Shown here in pieces: positions 37,040 through 46,601 of a stretch of 64,000 bases of DNA (positions are counted from its first letter, which is position 1; each line of letters starts with the position of its first letter). Both the position numbers and the translations under genes were made by a program. The DNA is from a bacterium (GTDB lineage: Bacteria > Bacteroidota > Bacteroidia > Flavobacteriales > Schleiferiaceae). The stretch covers positions 2,079-66,078 of the forward strand of contig WGMI01000030.1 in NCBI GenBank assembly GCA_016125155.1, in the 5' to 3' direction. A model generated the notes under the pieces. The model saw nothing but the letters and a program-made list of their open reading frames with translations, made no database searches and was not told the origin of the DNA.

Positions 37040-38230
37040 ATGAATCTGCACGAATACCAGGGAAAGGAAATTCTCAACAGTTTTGGGGTCGCCATCCAAC
37101 GAGGCATTGTTGCCACTACGCCCGATGAAGCCGCGGCCGCTGCTCAAAAGTTGACCGAACAGACCGGTACCTCTTGGCATGTGGTGAAGGCCCAAATTCA
37201 CGCAGGGGGACGCGGAAAAGGTGGAGGCGTCAAACTCGCCAAAAACCTCGACGAAGTGCGTTCCAAATCGAGCGAAATCCTCGGGATGATGCTCATTACC
37301 CCTCAGACTTCTCAAGAGGGCAAAAAGGTGCACCAAGTGCTGATCGCCGAGGACGTATACTATCCGGGCGAAAGTGAAACCAAGGAGTTCTATATGAGCG
37401 TATTGCTCGATCGCCAGCAAGGCCGAAACGCCATTTTGTACAGCACCGAAGGCGGTATGGACATCGAGGAGGTGGCCGAAAAAACGCCCCATCTCATTTT
37501 TAAAGAAATCATCGATCCTCTAGTGGGTCTCGGCGACTTTCAAGCGCGCAAAATTGCGTTCAACCTGGGCTTGAGTGGAAAAGCCTTTAAGGAAATGGTC
37601 GCTTTTGTCAAAGCGCTCTACAGGGCCTACGATTCGATCGACGCGGGGTTGTTTGAAATCAACCCGGTTTTGAAAACCTCTGATGACCGCATCATTGCCG
37701 TAGACGCCAAGGTGAGTTTGGACGGCAATGGCTTGTTCCGCCACGCCGATTATGCCGCCCTGCGCGACAAACGCGAGGAAGATCCCATGGACGTCGAGGC
37801 TGGAGAAGCAGGGCTCAACTTCGTCAAATTGGATGGCAACGTGGCGTGCATGGTGAATGGGGCTGGTCTGGCCATGGCCACCATGGACATCATCAAAATG
37901 GCCGGGGGCAATCCGGCCAACTTCCTCGACGTGGGGGGAACCGCGGACGCCAAGCGCGTAGAAACTGCCTTTCGCTTGATTCTGAAAGATCCCAACGTCA
38001 AAGCCATTTTGGTTAACATCTTTGGAGGCATTGTGCGCTGCGACCGGGTGGCTCAGGGCATTGTCGATGCCTATCAGAGCATTGGTGATATTCCCGTACC
38101 CATCATTGTGCGTCTCGAAGGAACCAATGCGAAGGAAGCCAAGGAGTTGATCGACAAGAGCGGCTTGGCCGTGCACTCGGCTATCCTGCTTCAGGAAGCC
38201 GCCGATTTGGTTCAAAAGATGGTGCGCTAA
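37040..38230 (+). CDS. sucC: Succinate--CoA ligase (ADP-forming) subunit beta
   Basis: Start set at [17 protein letters not shown] (ATG 37040). [51 protein letters not shown]. Confidence 0.95.
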   Translation: MNLHEYQGKEILNSFGVAIQRGIVATTPDEAAAAAQKLTEQTGTSWHVVKAQIHAGGRGKGGGVKLAKNLDEVRSKSSEILGMMLITPQTSQEGKKVHQVLIAEDVYYPGESETKEFYMSVLLDRQQGRNAILYSTEGGMDIEEVAEKTPHLIFKEIIDPLVGLGDFQARKIAFNLGLSGKAFKEMVAFVKALYRAYDSIDAGLFEINPVLKTSDDRIIAVDAKVSLDGNGLFRHADYAALRDKREEDPMDVEAGEAGLNFVKLDGNVACMVNGAGLAMATMDIIKMAGGNPANFLDVGGTADAKRVETAFRLILKDPNVKAILVNIFGGIVRCDRVAQGIVDAYQSIGDIPVPIIVRLEGTNAKEAKELIDKSGLAVHSAILLQEAADLVQKMVR

Positions 38231-38303
38231 CCCTCGGAGCGCTCCTCCATAACCCGATATTGTCTACCGACGCCCCGGACCGAGCCGCGGAAGGCATCCT
38301 CGC

Positions 38304-39077
38304 ATGAACGATCTCGAACGCTATTTCAGAGCCAATACGGATAAGCAGATCCACAAGTGGCTGCACTATTTTGAGGCCTACGATGCGCACTTTTCCCGCT
38401 TTAGGGGCCGAGAGGTGCACTTGTTGGAAATCGGGGTATTTCAGGGTGGCAGTTTGCAGATGTGGAAGCACTATTTCGGCCCACAGGCCAAGATTTACGG
38501 TGTCGACATCCACCCCGAATGCGCCTCTCTAGAAGAGGAGAACGTCAAAATCTTTATTGGCTCCCAAAGCGATCGCCATTTTTTGCGCAAGCTCAAGACC
38601 GAGATTCCTAAAATCGATATTCTCATCGACGACGGAGGGCATACCATGCGTCAACAGATCGTGACCTTTGAAGAACTCTACGACCATGTGGACGAGCATG
38701 GGGTCTATTTATGCGAAGACACCCATACCTCATATTGGTTGAAATATGGAGGAGGGCACCGCCGGCGGGGGACCTTTATGGAATACAGTAAAAACCTCGT
38801 CGATCGGCTCAATGCCTTTCACTCGGAACAAGGGAGCCTCAAACCCGATGCCTTTAGCCGCTCGGTGCGCTCTATCCACTTTTACGACAGCATCGTCGTT
38901 TTCGAGAAAAAGCCGCACGGGGCACCTGTTCATGAAAAAACGGGTCAGGCGAGCATCGATCGTCAACCTGTCCAAAGTGCCGGGGTCCGATTTCGCAAAC
39001 GGGTGACCCGGAATGTGATCGGGGGCATCAACCAGATGCTCCGCGCACTGAGGTTGCCTGGTTTTATCTGGCGCTAA
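38304..39077 (+). CDS. Class I SAM-dependent methyltransferase, CmcI/'cephalosporin hydroxylase'-like family
   Basis: KWLHYFEAYDAHF..LLEIGVFQGGSLQMW..IYGVDI..DILIDDGGH. The family assignment is from memory of the CmcI-type motif order. Confidence 0.65.
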   Translation: MNDLERYFRANTDKQIHKWLHYFEAYDAHFSRFRGREVHLLEIGVFQGGSLQMWKHYFGPQAKIYGVDIHPECASLEEENVKIFIGSQSDRHFLRKLKTEIPKIDILIDDGGHTMRQQIVTFEELYDHVDEHGVYLCEDTHTSYWLKYGGGHRRRGTFMEYSKNLVDRLNAFHSEQGSLKPDAFSRSVRSIHFYDSIVVFEKKPHGAPVHEKTGQASIDRQPVQSAGVRFRKRVTRNVIGGINQMLRALRLPGFIWR

Positions 39078-39156
39078 TACACCGTCGCTTTTAGACACCC
39101 GCCTCCCCTCTCAATCCCGAACCATTCGGAACTCGCTCGATGGTAAATCTATGGTG

Positions 39157-39756
39157 TCAATCCTCGTCCGAATCTGAATCATCCTCGGCAGTGTCATCGG
39201 CATCCATATCGGCATCCGCATCGGTATCGGATGGAGCGGGTACCGCCGTTGGGGCCGAGGATTTCCGTCCTCCACCAGTTTGAAAAATGAACGGGTCTTC
39301 AAAGAGATACGCATTGTTTTCTCGTTTCTCTTCAAAGGCTTCGTTCGAGTTGACCCACACCCCGACGCGGTAGGTTTTGCCAACCCTATAATTCGATGCT
39401 GGGCCCAAATCGATGGTTTCGTTGCGGAATTCCAAACTCCCCATATGATACAATCCCTCGAGGCGATATGTCTTGAGGATGCGCACCGTTTCGGGGCGGA
39501 TGTCGTCGGCCGGCGCGATGTAAATCGAGACCTCAAAGCCCGGGGTCACATGCTTGGAATTGTTGCCATCGGCCAACACCAAAAAATGCACCCCTTCCAG
39601 CGTTTGATTGTTGGGATTGTAGCGACTGTAGTACATGTTCTCGGCCAAATTGGTCGAGTAGATGTCGGCAGGTTCAACGGTTTGGGCCAAGAGTGCCCCA
39701 GGAAAAAGCCCCGTCAAGACCGCACCCATTCCAAACGCCATCTTTCTTTTATTCAT
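39157..39756 (-). CDS. Secreted hypothetical protein with a poly-acidic C-terminal tail
   Basis: Signal peptide MNKRKMAFGMGAVLTGLFPGALLAQ. A beta-rich body. The tail reads SDTDADADMDADDTAEDDSDSDED. Confidence 0.55.
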   Translation of the reverse strand: MNKRKMAFGMGAVLTGLFPGALLAQTVEPADIYSTNLAENMYYSRYNPNNQTLEGVHFLVLADGNNSKHVTPGFEVSIYIAPADDIRPETVRILKTYRLEGLYHMGSLEFRNETIDLGPASNYRVGKTYRVGVWVNSNEAFEEKRENNAYLFEDPFIFQTGGGRKSSAPTAVPAPSDTDADADMDADDTAEDDSDSDED

Positions 39757-39770
39757 GATGTACCCCTATT

Positions 39771-40610
39771 TTATTTCGGTTCGTTCGCTCCCTGTTCCGC
39801 AGCCGACTGAAACACCTGCATCACGGCATCGCTTACCCCCATGCTGCTAAAGCCCCCGTCGTTGAAGAGATTCTGCATCGTAACCCGGCGACAAAGATCC
39901 GAAAACAGACCGACGCAAAGCTGGGCACAGTCTTCGCCTGTGGCGTTGCCCAATGGCGACATTTTTTCGGCAAAATCGATGAATCCATCGAACCCCTTCA
40001 CCCCGCTTCCCGCGGTAGTGCGCGTCGGGGATTGGCTAATGGTGTTGATGCGCACTTTTTTGCGCATGCCATAGTGGTATCCGAAGCTCCGGGCAATGCT
40101 CTCGAGGTAGGCCTTGTTGTCGGCCATATCGCTATAGTCCGGAAAGCTCCTCTGAGCCGCGATGTAACTCAAGGCGACCACGCTGCCCCATTCGTTGAGC
40201 GCATCGAGCTTCCAAGCCGATTGCAGCACTTTGTGAAAACTTACGGCCGAGACATCCCATCCCTTGTGCAGCCATTCGTAGTTGAGGTCGGTGTAGTGCT
40301 TGCCTTTGCGCACATTGACCGACATCCCGATGGAGTGCAGGACAAAATCGAGGCCGCCTCCCAATTCGGTCAAAGCTCCCCGAAAAAGGGCTTCGAGATC
40401 GGTCTCGGACGTGGCGTCGGCGGGAATAATTTTCGATCCCGTCCGCTCGGCCAGGGCATTGATTTCGCCCATGCGCATGGCGATGGGCGCATTGGTCAAT
40501 ACGAACCGTCCCCCCTGAGCGTGAACCGCTTCTGCGACTTTCCAAGCGATGGAATTCGCGTCCAAGGCGCCGAAAATGATTCCTTTTTTGCCGTGCAACA
40601 GTCCGTTCAT
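39771..40610 (-). CDS. fabI: Enoyl-[acyl-carrier-protein] reductase (NADH)
   Basis: GKKGIIFGALDANSIAW, LDFVLHSIG, the YxxxxxxK region (SYIAAQRSFPDYSDMADNKAYLES), and INTISQSP. Confidence 0.9.
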   Translation of the reverse strand: MNGLLHGKKGIIFGALDANSIAWKVAEAVHAQGGRFVLTNAPIAMRMGEINALAERTGSKIIPADATSETDLEALFRGALTELGGGLDFVLHSIGMSVNVRKGKHYTDLNYEWLHKGWDVSAVSFHKVLQSAWKLDALNEWGSVVALSYIAAQRSFPDYSDMADNKAYLESIARSFGYHYGMRKKVRINTISQSPTRTTAGSGVKGFDGFIDFAEKMSPLGNATGEDCAQLCVGLFSDLCRRVTMQNLFNDGGFSSMGVSDAVMQVFQSAAEQGANEPK

Positions 40611-40669
40611 GGGAGTTTTGCGTTGTTTTAGTGGGGAAAACTACGAAAATAGGCGTCCTCGCGAACGCA

Positions 40670-42328
40670 TCAACCTTTGCGGTTCAACAGGATTTCTGCT
40701 TGGGTTCGGGCGGCTTCTGTCAATTCGCTTCCACTCAACATCCGGGCCAATTCATCCCTGCGCTCTTCGGGGTTGAGCCTGCGAATATGGGTATGGGTTT
40801 GTCCTTGCTCAATCCGCTTTTCTACCTTGAAATGCGCATCGGCTGCACCCGCAATCTGGGGAAGGTGGGTAATGGCGACAATTTGGCTTCCCGACGCGCC
40901 CATGGAGTGCAACACGGCCGCCATTTGTGCCGCGGTGCGCCCTGAAACACCCGTATCGATCTCGTCAAAGATCAACACCGGCAGGTCCCGGTAACGTCCG
41001 AGGACCGATTTAAAGGCCAACATCACACGGCTGATTTCGCCACCGGAAGCCGCTTTTTTAAGGGGCACAGGCGTTTGACCCGGATTGGCGCTAAACAGTA
41101 TTTCCGGGCGATCCCATCCCATTGCACCCGGTTCGTTCAAAGGGTGTAGTTCGATGTGAAAACGGGCTTGACTGAGGTCCAGTTGGTCGAGTACGGCTTG
41201 CAAATCGGCCGTCAATTGGGGAATGGCGTGTATTCGACGGGTGCGCAATTCGAGTCCAATGTGCTCCAATTCACCCCTGTAGGCCTCCATCGCCTCTTTT
41301 AAAGCCGCCCGCTCGGTTTCAAGACCGTGGGCCCGCTCAATGCGCTCCTGCACTTCTAGGGCAAATTGCACCAAGGCTTCAAACGAGTCCAGTCGGTGTT
41401 TGTGCATCAAGTTCCGCCCCGCATCGATCCGGTTCTTCAGTTGCTCCAGACGCGCGGGGTCGGGTTCGTTGACCTCCGCCCTTTTCTCCAGATCGAGCAC
41501 CACATCGTCCAACTCAATGCGGATTGATTCGAGTCGATCCATCAAAGCTCCGAGCGAGGGATCGTACCCCAGGGACGAACGCAATGCCCCAGCGCTTCGG
41601 ATCAATCCGTCGCGAACGGCCCATTCCGATTGGGACAACAAGCGCAAGGCTTCTGAGAGCGACTGCCCAATTTGTTCGGAGTGACTCAACAGCTCAAACT
41701 CTTGCTCAAGGGCCGCAAATTGTTCGGCGTCCATCTTGAGTTGGGCGAACTCGTCGAGCTGATGATTCCAATAATCCAAATCGCGCACGGCCGCAATCTG
41801 ATCTTCGAGTTCGCCCCATTGCTTGATCGCCTTCCGGTAATCGGCCAGCCGCAACCGATAGGCATCCAGCCATTCTGCAGTGGCTCCCACAGCATCGAGC
41901 GCCTCCAATTGAAATTCAGGCTCGAGAACGGCCATTTGATCGTTCTGAGAATGGATGTCTACCAACAAGGCAGACAAAGCCTTGAGGGTTTCGAGCCGAA
42001 CGGGTACATCGTTGACAAACGAACGGGAGCGTCCGTTGGGGGCAATTTCTCTGCGGAACAAAGCCGGATCGGCGTAATCGAGTTCCTGGGCTTCGAAGAA
42101 ATCCTGAAACCGGCCTTGAAGATCGAATTCGGCTTCCACAACGCACTTGAGGTCAGGGGTTCGCAATACCGCCGGGTCGGCGCGTTCTCCCAAGGCCAGC
42201 GACAGAGCACCGAGCAAAATCGACTTACCCGCCCCGGTCTCTCCGCTCAAAGCAATAAACCCCTCAGGCCATTCCAGGTCGAGCGCATCGATGAGCGCAT
42301 AATTCGAAATGCGCAGGGCGATGAGCAC
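40670..42328 (-). CDS. recN: DNA repair protein RecN
   Basis: MLIALRISNYALID..LSGETGAGKSILLGAL (Walker A), a long coiled coil, and a C-terminal SGGEISRVMLA..LIFDEIDTGVSG. Confidence 0.95.
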   Translation of the reverse strand: MLIALRISNYALIDALDLEWPEGFIALSGETGAGKSILLGALSLALGERADPAVLRTPDLKCVVEAEFDLQGRFQDFFEAQELDYADPALFRREIAPNGRSRSFVNDVPVRLETLKALSALLVDIHSQNDQMAVLEPEFQLEALDAVGATAEWLDAYRLRLADYRKAIKQWGELEDQIAAVRDLDYWNHQLDEFAQLKMDAEQFAALEQEFELLSHSEQIGQSLSEALRLLSQSEWAVRDGLIRSAGALRSSLGYDPSLGALMDRLESIRIELDDVVLDLEKRAEVNEPDPARLEQLKNRIDAGRNLMHKHRLDSFEALVQFALEVQERIERAHGLETERAALKEAMEAYRGELEHIGLELRTRRIHAIPQLTADLQAVLDQLDLSQARFHIELHPLNEPGAMGWDRPEILFSANPGQTPVPLKKAASGGEISRVMLAFKSVLGRYRDLPVLIFDEIDTGVSGRTAAQMAAVLHSMGASGSQIVAITHLPQIAGAADAHFKVEKRIEQGQTHTHIRRLNPEERRDELARMLSGSELTEAARTQAEILLNRKG

Positions 42329-42334
42329 TTCAGG

Positions 42335-43261
42335 CTATTTGGGTTGACCCAGCGCTTGATAGAGCTGGCTGTTGTTGGCGTCAATCAAGAGCAATGTGCT
42401 CTGCATGGCTTTGAGGTCTATTGCGGCCCCATCGCCAAAAACGCTGACGAATTCCTGAGACTTGGCGTCCATAACAACGCCCATCAAATAGCTGTTGGGG
42501 CGCTTTTGATGGACGGCGCGCAAACCCGCAATCGAATTGGCCATGGCCGCTTTGGCGGTTTTTTGCTGAGCCGCGTCATGGAGTAGATCGAGCCCTTGAC
42601 GGTGGTAGGTGTAGAGAAACTCAATGAGATTGTCGAAGGCCGGATTGAGTAAGTTGTCCACCAGCCAAAACCGGTTATTGTTCCCGTCCAAACTCCTCCA
42701 ACCCGCGCCCTGAGGATCGTTTTGGGCATTGTTGACCACCCCTTGGGCCTTGGCATAAAAGGGTTCCCCACTGCCCTTTTGAAAGGTATCGTGGTCGAGA
42801 CCGATAATGATATACGCATAGTACGCCAACACCGAGCTGAGATTCGACAAATGGGTATTTTCGACAAACTCAATGCGGTCGTTCTCGAGATAGGTAAAGC
42901 TGAACTGTTTGTCGATGAGGTTGAGCACAGGGCTCTTGTAGCTGCTATTGAAAACAGGGCGGGAATATTGAACCTGGAGCGTCGCCTTAAAACTGCTCAC
43001 CGAACTCTGTTCCGTAATGTTGAACACAAAACTGCACTCGATGCGCTCGTCGGGTTCGTAGCGCTCCCGCGTCCATTGGGTCGAGTTCAGATACTCCCGA
43101 ACTGCGGTCTCCAAAGTGGTAAAGACCTGTTTGCTCGTGTTCTGAATGCCTGGGCTCAGCACCTGAACCGTGGCCCGCAATTCCTGGGCGGCCGCGGGAA
43201 TCACCGTTCCCAGCCCGAAAATAACGACCCCAAAAAAGAACTGTAGCTTAAGGCGCTGCAT
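42335..43261 (-). CDS. DUF4835-family secreted protein (conserved Bacteroidota neighbour of recN/coaBC)
   Basis: Signal peptide, then LRATVQVLSPGIQNTSKQVFTTLETAVREYLN..W. The family name and the coaBC-X-recN synteny are recalled from memory. Confidence 0.6.
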   Translation of the reverse strand: MQRLKLQFFFGVVIFGLGTVIPAAAQELRATVQVLSPGIQNTSKQVFTTLETAVREYLNSTQWTRERYEPDERIECSFVFNITEQSSVSSFKATLQVQYSRPVFNSSYKSPVLNLIDKQFSFTYLENDRIEFVENTHLSNLSSVLAYYAYIIIGLDHDTFQKGSGEPFYAKAQGVVNNAQNDPQGAGWRSLDGNNNRFWLVDNLLNPAFDNLIEFLYTYHRQGLDLLHDAAQQKTAKAAMANSIAGLRAVHQKRPNSYLMGVVMDAKSQEFVSVFGDGAAIDLKAMQSTLLLIDANNSQLYQALGQPK

Positions 43262-44453
43262 GCGTCAGTACATCGAGAATCTGTCCTGCAAGTTCGGCTT
43301 TGGAAACCAAACCCGAGTCGCGTTTTTCGCCACTCTTATGCACCAACCAGGCGCGATTGGTCTCGGTGCCAAAACCTGTTTCCGGCCCCGGTTCGTTCAA
43401 CACAATCCAATCCAGATTTTTGCGCGTCAGTTTTTTCCACGCATTGTCCAAGCCGTTGTCGGTCTCGAGCGCAAAGCCGATCAAGGTCTGATTGGTGCGT
43501 TTTTTGGTCCCTAGCCCCGCCAGAATGTCCGGTGTCGGCTCGAGCTGAATGGCCTCCGGAGCCTGGTCTTTTTTGATTTTGTTCGCCTTGGGGTCGGCCG
43601 GTCTAAAATCGGCTACGGCCGCTGACAAAATGGCCCCATCGCATCGATCGAACCACTCGGAACAAGCGCGTTCCATTTCAGCCGCAGTCACCACGGGCAC
43701 CACCTGAGCAAAGGCAGCGTCGGGCAGTGTAAAGCGCAGGGGCCCGTGCACCAAATACACTTCGGCGCCCCGACGAACGGCCTCGAGCGCAATTTCAACA
43801 CCCATTTTCCCGCTGCTGTGGTTGCCGATAAACCGAACGGCATCGATGGGTTCGTAGGTAGGTCCCGCGTTGATAAGGAGTTTGAACCCGCTCAATGGAC
43901 CTCGACCCATTCGAGTCTGGATGCGCTCCAACAAGTGTTCGGGTTCGGGCATTCTTCCCTTCCCCTCCAAACCCGAAGCCAAAAACCCAAATTCGGGTTC
44001 TACGACCTCTATCCCGTAGGATGTGAGCTGTTTGAGGTTGGACTGCACCGAGGGATGCGCCATCATGTCCAAATCCATGGCTGGGGCTACGAGAACCGGA
44101 CAACGAGCGCTCAAATATGTGGCGGTAAGCAAGTTATCAGATTGACCATGCGCCAGTTTGGCAAGGGTATTCGCCGTTAGCGGCGCGATGAGGAAAACAT
44201 CGGCCCACAGCCCCAATTCAACATGGCTATTCCAAACCGCACTCCCCGACTCTTGGGCGGTATAGGCACTCAGAGCCGGGTAGCCACTCAGGGTAGACAA
44301 CACCAAGGGCGAAACAAATTGCCCGGCCTCAGAGGTCATCACACAGCGTACCTCGGCCCCCTCCTTGATTAAGGCGCGCACCAACATCGGGATTTTATAG
44401 GCGGCAATGCCACCGCAAATCCCCAACAATACTTTTTTGCCCCGAAGCAACAC
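43248..44453 (-). CDS. coaBC: Bifunctional phosphopantothenoylcysteine decarboxylase / phosphopantothenate--cysteine ligase
   Basis: GKKVLLGICGGIAAYK, APAMDLDMM, INAGPTYEPIDAVRFIGNHSSGKMG. I set the start at GTG 44453 (VLLRGKKV), just downstream of the rpoZ stop. The track ORF extends to 44528, inside rpoZ. Confidence 0.85.
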   Translation of the reverse strand: MLLRGKKVLLGICGGIAAYKIPMLVRALIKEGAEVRCVMTSEAGQFVSPLVLSTLSGYPALSAYTAQESGSAVWNSHVELGLWADVFLIAPLTANTLAKLAHGQSDNLLTATYLSARCPVLVAPAMDLDMMAHPSVQSNLKQLTSYGIEVVEPEFGFLASGLEGKGRMPEPEHLLERIQTRMGRGPLSGFKLLINAGPTYEPIDAVRFIGNHSSGKMGVEIALEAVRRGAEVYLVHGPLRFTLPDAAFAQVVPVVTAAEMERACSEWFDRCDGAILSAAVADFRPADPKANKIKKDQAPEAIQLEPTPDILAGLGTKKRTNQTLIGFALETDNGLDNAWKKLTRKNLDWIVLNEPGPETGFGTETNRAWLVHKSGEKRDSGLVSKAELAGQILDVLTHAAP

Positions 44454-44458
44454 GGAGT

Positions 44459-44803
44459 TTACAGCGGGCTTTCTTCCCGATCTCCTTCCTGTTCTGGACG
44501 GCGGAAATACACCTTGCCCTCCAACCATTCCTGGATGGCCATCAACGTCCCTTTCGGTAAATTCTCATAAAACTTCGAAAGCTCGATTTGCTCCTTGTTC
44601 TCGAAAATTTCCTCGAGCGATTCAGTGTGCACGTTGAATTCTTCCAGTTTCTCGGACAATTCCTGGCGGATGTCCTCACCGATTTGAACAGCGCGCTTGC
44701 TCAAAATGGCTACGGTTTCGTAGATGTTCCCGGTGGGGGCGTCCAAATCGGCCAGGTTCAGGGTCGTGGTGTTGCGGGGAGCGTGGCTCTTTTTGAAATC
44801 CAT
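44459..44803 (-). CDS. rpoZ: DNA-directed RNA polymerase subunit omega
   Basis: Start set at MDFKKSHAPRN (ATG 44803). NIYETVAILSKRAVQI.. is the omega core. About 114 aa, as in Bacteroidota. Confidence 0.75.
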   Translation of the reverse strand: MDFKKSHAPRNTTTLNLADLDAPTGNIYETVAILSKRAVQIGEDIRQELSEKLEEFNVHTESLEEIFENKEQIELSKFYENLPKGTLMAIQEWLEGKVYFRRPEQEGDREESPL

Positions 44804-44819
44804 GCGATGGAGGGTTGAA

Positions 44820-45620
44820 TTAAAGTCGTTGCATTTTCTCGAGGGCCTCTGCCTTGATGGCTTCCGTGCGCTTGAGATAGTCCGAATTCGGAAAGGCCTG
44901 CCGGAATTCGTTGCACGCGGTGACTGTTTCCCGATAGCGCTGTTTTTTCTTGGCGTCAATGCTGTTTTTGGCCAGTTCATGGGCCGAAATCACCTTGTAA
45001 AACAAGATGCTCTCTCGGTATTCCGTGTCCGGAAAATCGCTGAGCGTATTGGTAAACGCAACGGTTGCGCTCTGGTACATCTCTCGGTGATAAAACTGAC
45101 GTGCAATTTCGTACGATTTGCGCTCCAGTTTGCTCCTGAGCTCATCCATCAGCCGATTGGCTTCTTCGATGCGCGGACTTCCTGGATGGGTATTGACGTA
45201 CAATTGGAATTCGTTGATGGCCTTGTAGGTATAACTCTGATCCAAACTGTATACAGGCGACTCCAAATAGGTGCAATAGGCCGCCATAAAGGCCGCTTCG
45301 TCGGCGTACACGCTGTTGGGGAAGGTCTTGTACAGGTTTTTGAAGTGGTAGGCCGCTAAAATGTTGTCGCGAAGCTTGTGTTGCGTCTGGGCGTAGTAGT
45401 AATAGACCTCTTCTGCCCTTTTCGAACCCCGGGTGGTGGTGAGCAAGACCTCAAACAAGGGGTAGCACTTGTTGTAGTTCTGCTTGTTGTAATATTCGAT
45501 GGCCTTGTTCAACTTGTATTCCATATCTGGACTCTTGAGTACTTTTTGATACTCGCTACAGGAGAACAAGGGCAACAACAACCATAACGCCCAACGCGCT
45601 TTCAAGGATCCCAAACCCAT
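44820..45620 (-). CDS. bamD: Outer membrane protein assembly factor BamD (TPR lipoprotein)
   Basis: Lipobox LLLPLFSC. TPR-like repeats (AIEYYNKQNYNKCYPLFEVLL.., YYYAQTQHKL..). Conserved position next to rpoZ. Confidence 0.8.
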   Translation of the reverse strand: MGLGSLKARWALWLLLPLFSCSEYQKVLKSPDMEYKLNKAIEYYNKQNYNKCYPLFEVLLTTTRGSKRAEEVYYYYAQTQHKLRDNILAAYHFKNLYKTFPNSVYADEAAFMAAYCTYLESPVYSLDQSYTYKAINEFQLYVNTHPGSPRIEEANRLMDELRSKLERKSYEIARQFYHREMYQSATVAFTNTLSDFPDTEYRESILFYKVISAHELAKNSIDAKKKQRYRETVTACNEFRQAFPNSDYLKRTEAIKAEALEKMQRL

Positions 45621-45713
45621 TCCTGATTCGTGTGAATTGAAGCCTACAAAGTTACGACCTTAAGCGCGATCCTTGAGGATCGTCCTCTTCCGTTGTACGA
45701 GAACGCACGGACT

Positions 45714-46601
45714 TCAGTTTCCGTGTGTGGGAAAGGTATCGAGGGCTTTGTTGTGGGCGTATTGAAATCGGTGAATCTCGACGGTGTGTCGGGCCTGCAC
45801 CACTTCTGCAAAACTGAGCAATTTCTCCGTCGAGATGTTCCCGAGCAGTTCGTCTTCGGCAAACGGGCACCCTCCCAAGCCGAGCATGGCCGCGTCGAAC
45901 CGACGACAACCTGCATCCCAGGCCGCCTGCAATTTGGCGTGGGTATTTTCGGGGCGAGCGTGCAAATGAACACCGAGCTCCAGGTCGGGAAATGCCTGCC
46001 GAACTCGAGAAAAAAACCCGCCAATGCGTTCTGGGGGTGCAATTCCAACGGTATCGGACAGCGAAATCCAATCGACCCCGAGCTCGGCCAACCGACCTAC
46101 ATCTTCTGCGATGCGCTCTTCCGACCATTCCTCTCCGTAGGGATTGCCAAACGCCATCGAGAGATAGACCACTAGATGCTTGTTCCCCGTGGCACAGCGA
46201 TCCAATAATTGTTGGACAAGGGTCCAAGACGCCTCTTTGGTGGTACCCAGATTGCGCCTTTGAAACTCCTCTGAGACCCCAAAGGGAAACCCCAAATGAC
46301 GGATTATATCAAATTCCATGGCCTCTTGGGCGCCGCGTTCGTTGCCTACAATGGCCAAGAGTTCAGTAGAACTGTTGCCCAAGTCCAACCTTCGCGCCAC
46401 CTCTGCGGTGTCGCGCAGTTGAGGCACGGCCTTGGCCGATACAAAACTGCCAAAATCGAGCACGTCAAAACCCACCTGCAAGAGCTGGTTCAGATAGGCC
46501 ACTTTGGCATCGGTCGGAATAAAAGTCTCGATGCCTTGCATAGCATCTCTGGGACACTCCACCGTAAACATACGGGCCGGATCTAAAGTCATCTGACTCA
46601 T
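45714..46601 (-). CDS. Hydroxymethylglutaryl-CoA lyase (HMGL-like DRE-TIM aldolase)
   Basis: ECPRDAMQG, the FVSAKAVPQLRD region, and HLHARPENTHAKLQAAWDAGCRRFD..GLGGCPFA. Confidence 0.85.
   Translation of the reverse strand: MSQMTLDPARMFTVECPRDAMQGIETFIPTDAKVAYLNQLLQVGFDVLDFGSFVSAKAVPQLRDTAEVARRLDLGNSSTELLAIVGNERGAQEAMEFDIIRHLGFPFGVSEEFQRRNLGTTKEASWTLVQQLLDRCATGNKHLVVYLSMAFGNPYGEEWSEERIAEDVGRLAELGVDWISLSDTVGIAPPERIGGFFSRVRQAFPDLELGVHLHARPENTHAKLQAAWDAGCRRFDAAMLGLGGCPFAEDELLGNISTEKLLSFAEVVQARHTVEIHRFQYAHNKALDTFPTHGN

Noticed and set aside
26470-38230. sucD and sucC being separated by about 10 kb and divergently oriented, as a sign of rearrangement or an insertion island
   Set aside because: Unlinked sucC and sucD are, to my recollection, common in Bacteroidota. 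The intervening genes have native-looking composition, so there is no evidence of a mobile insertion.
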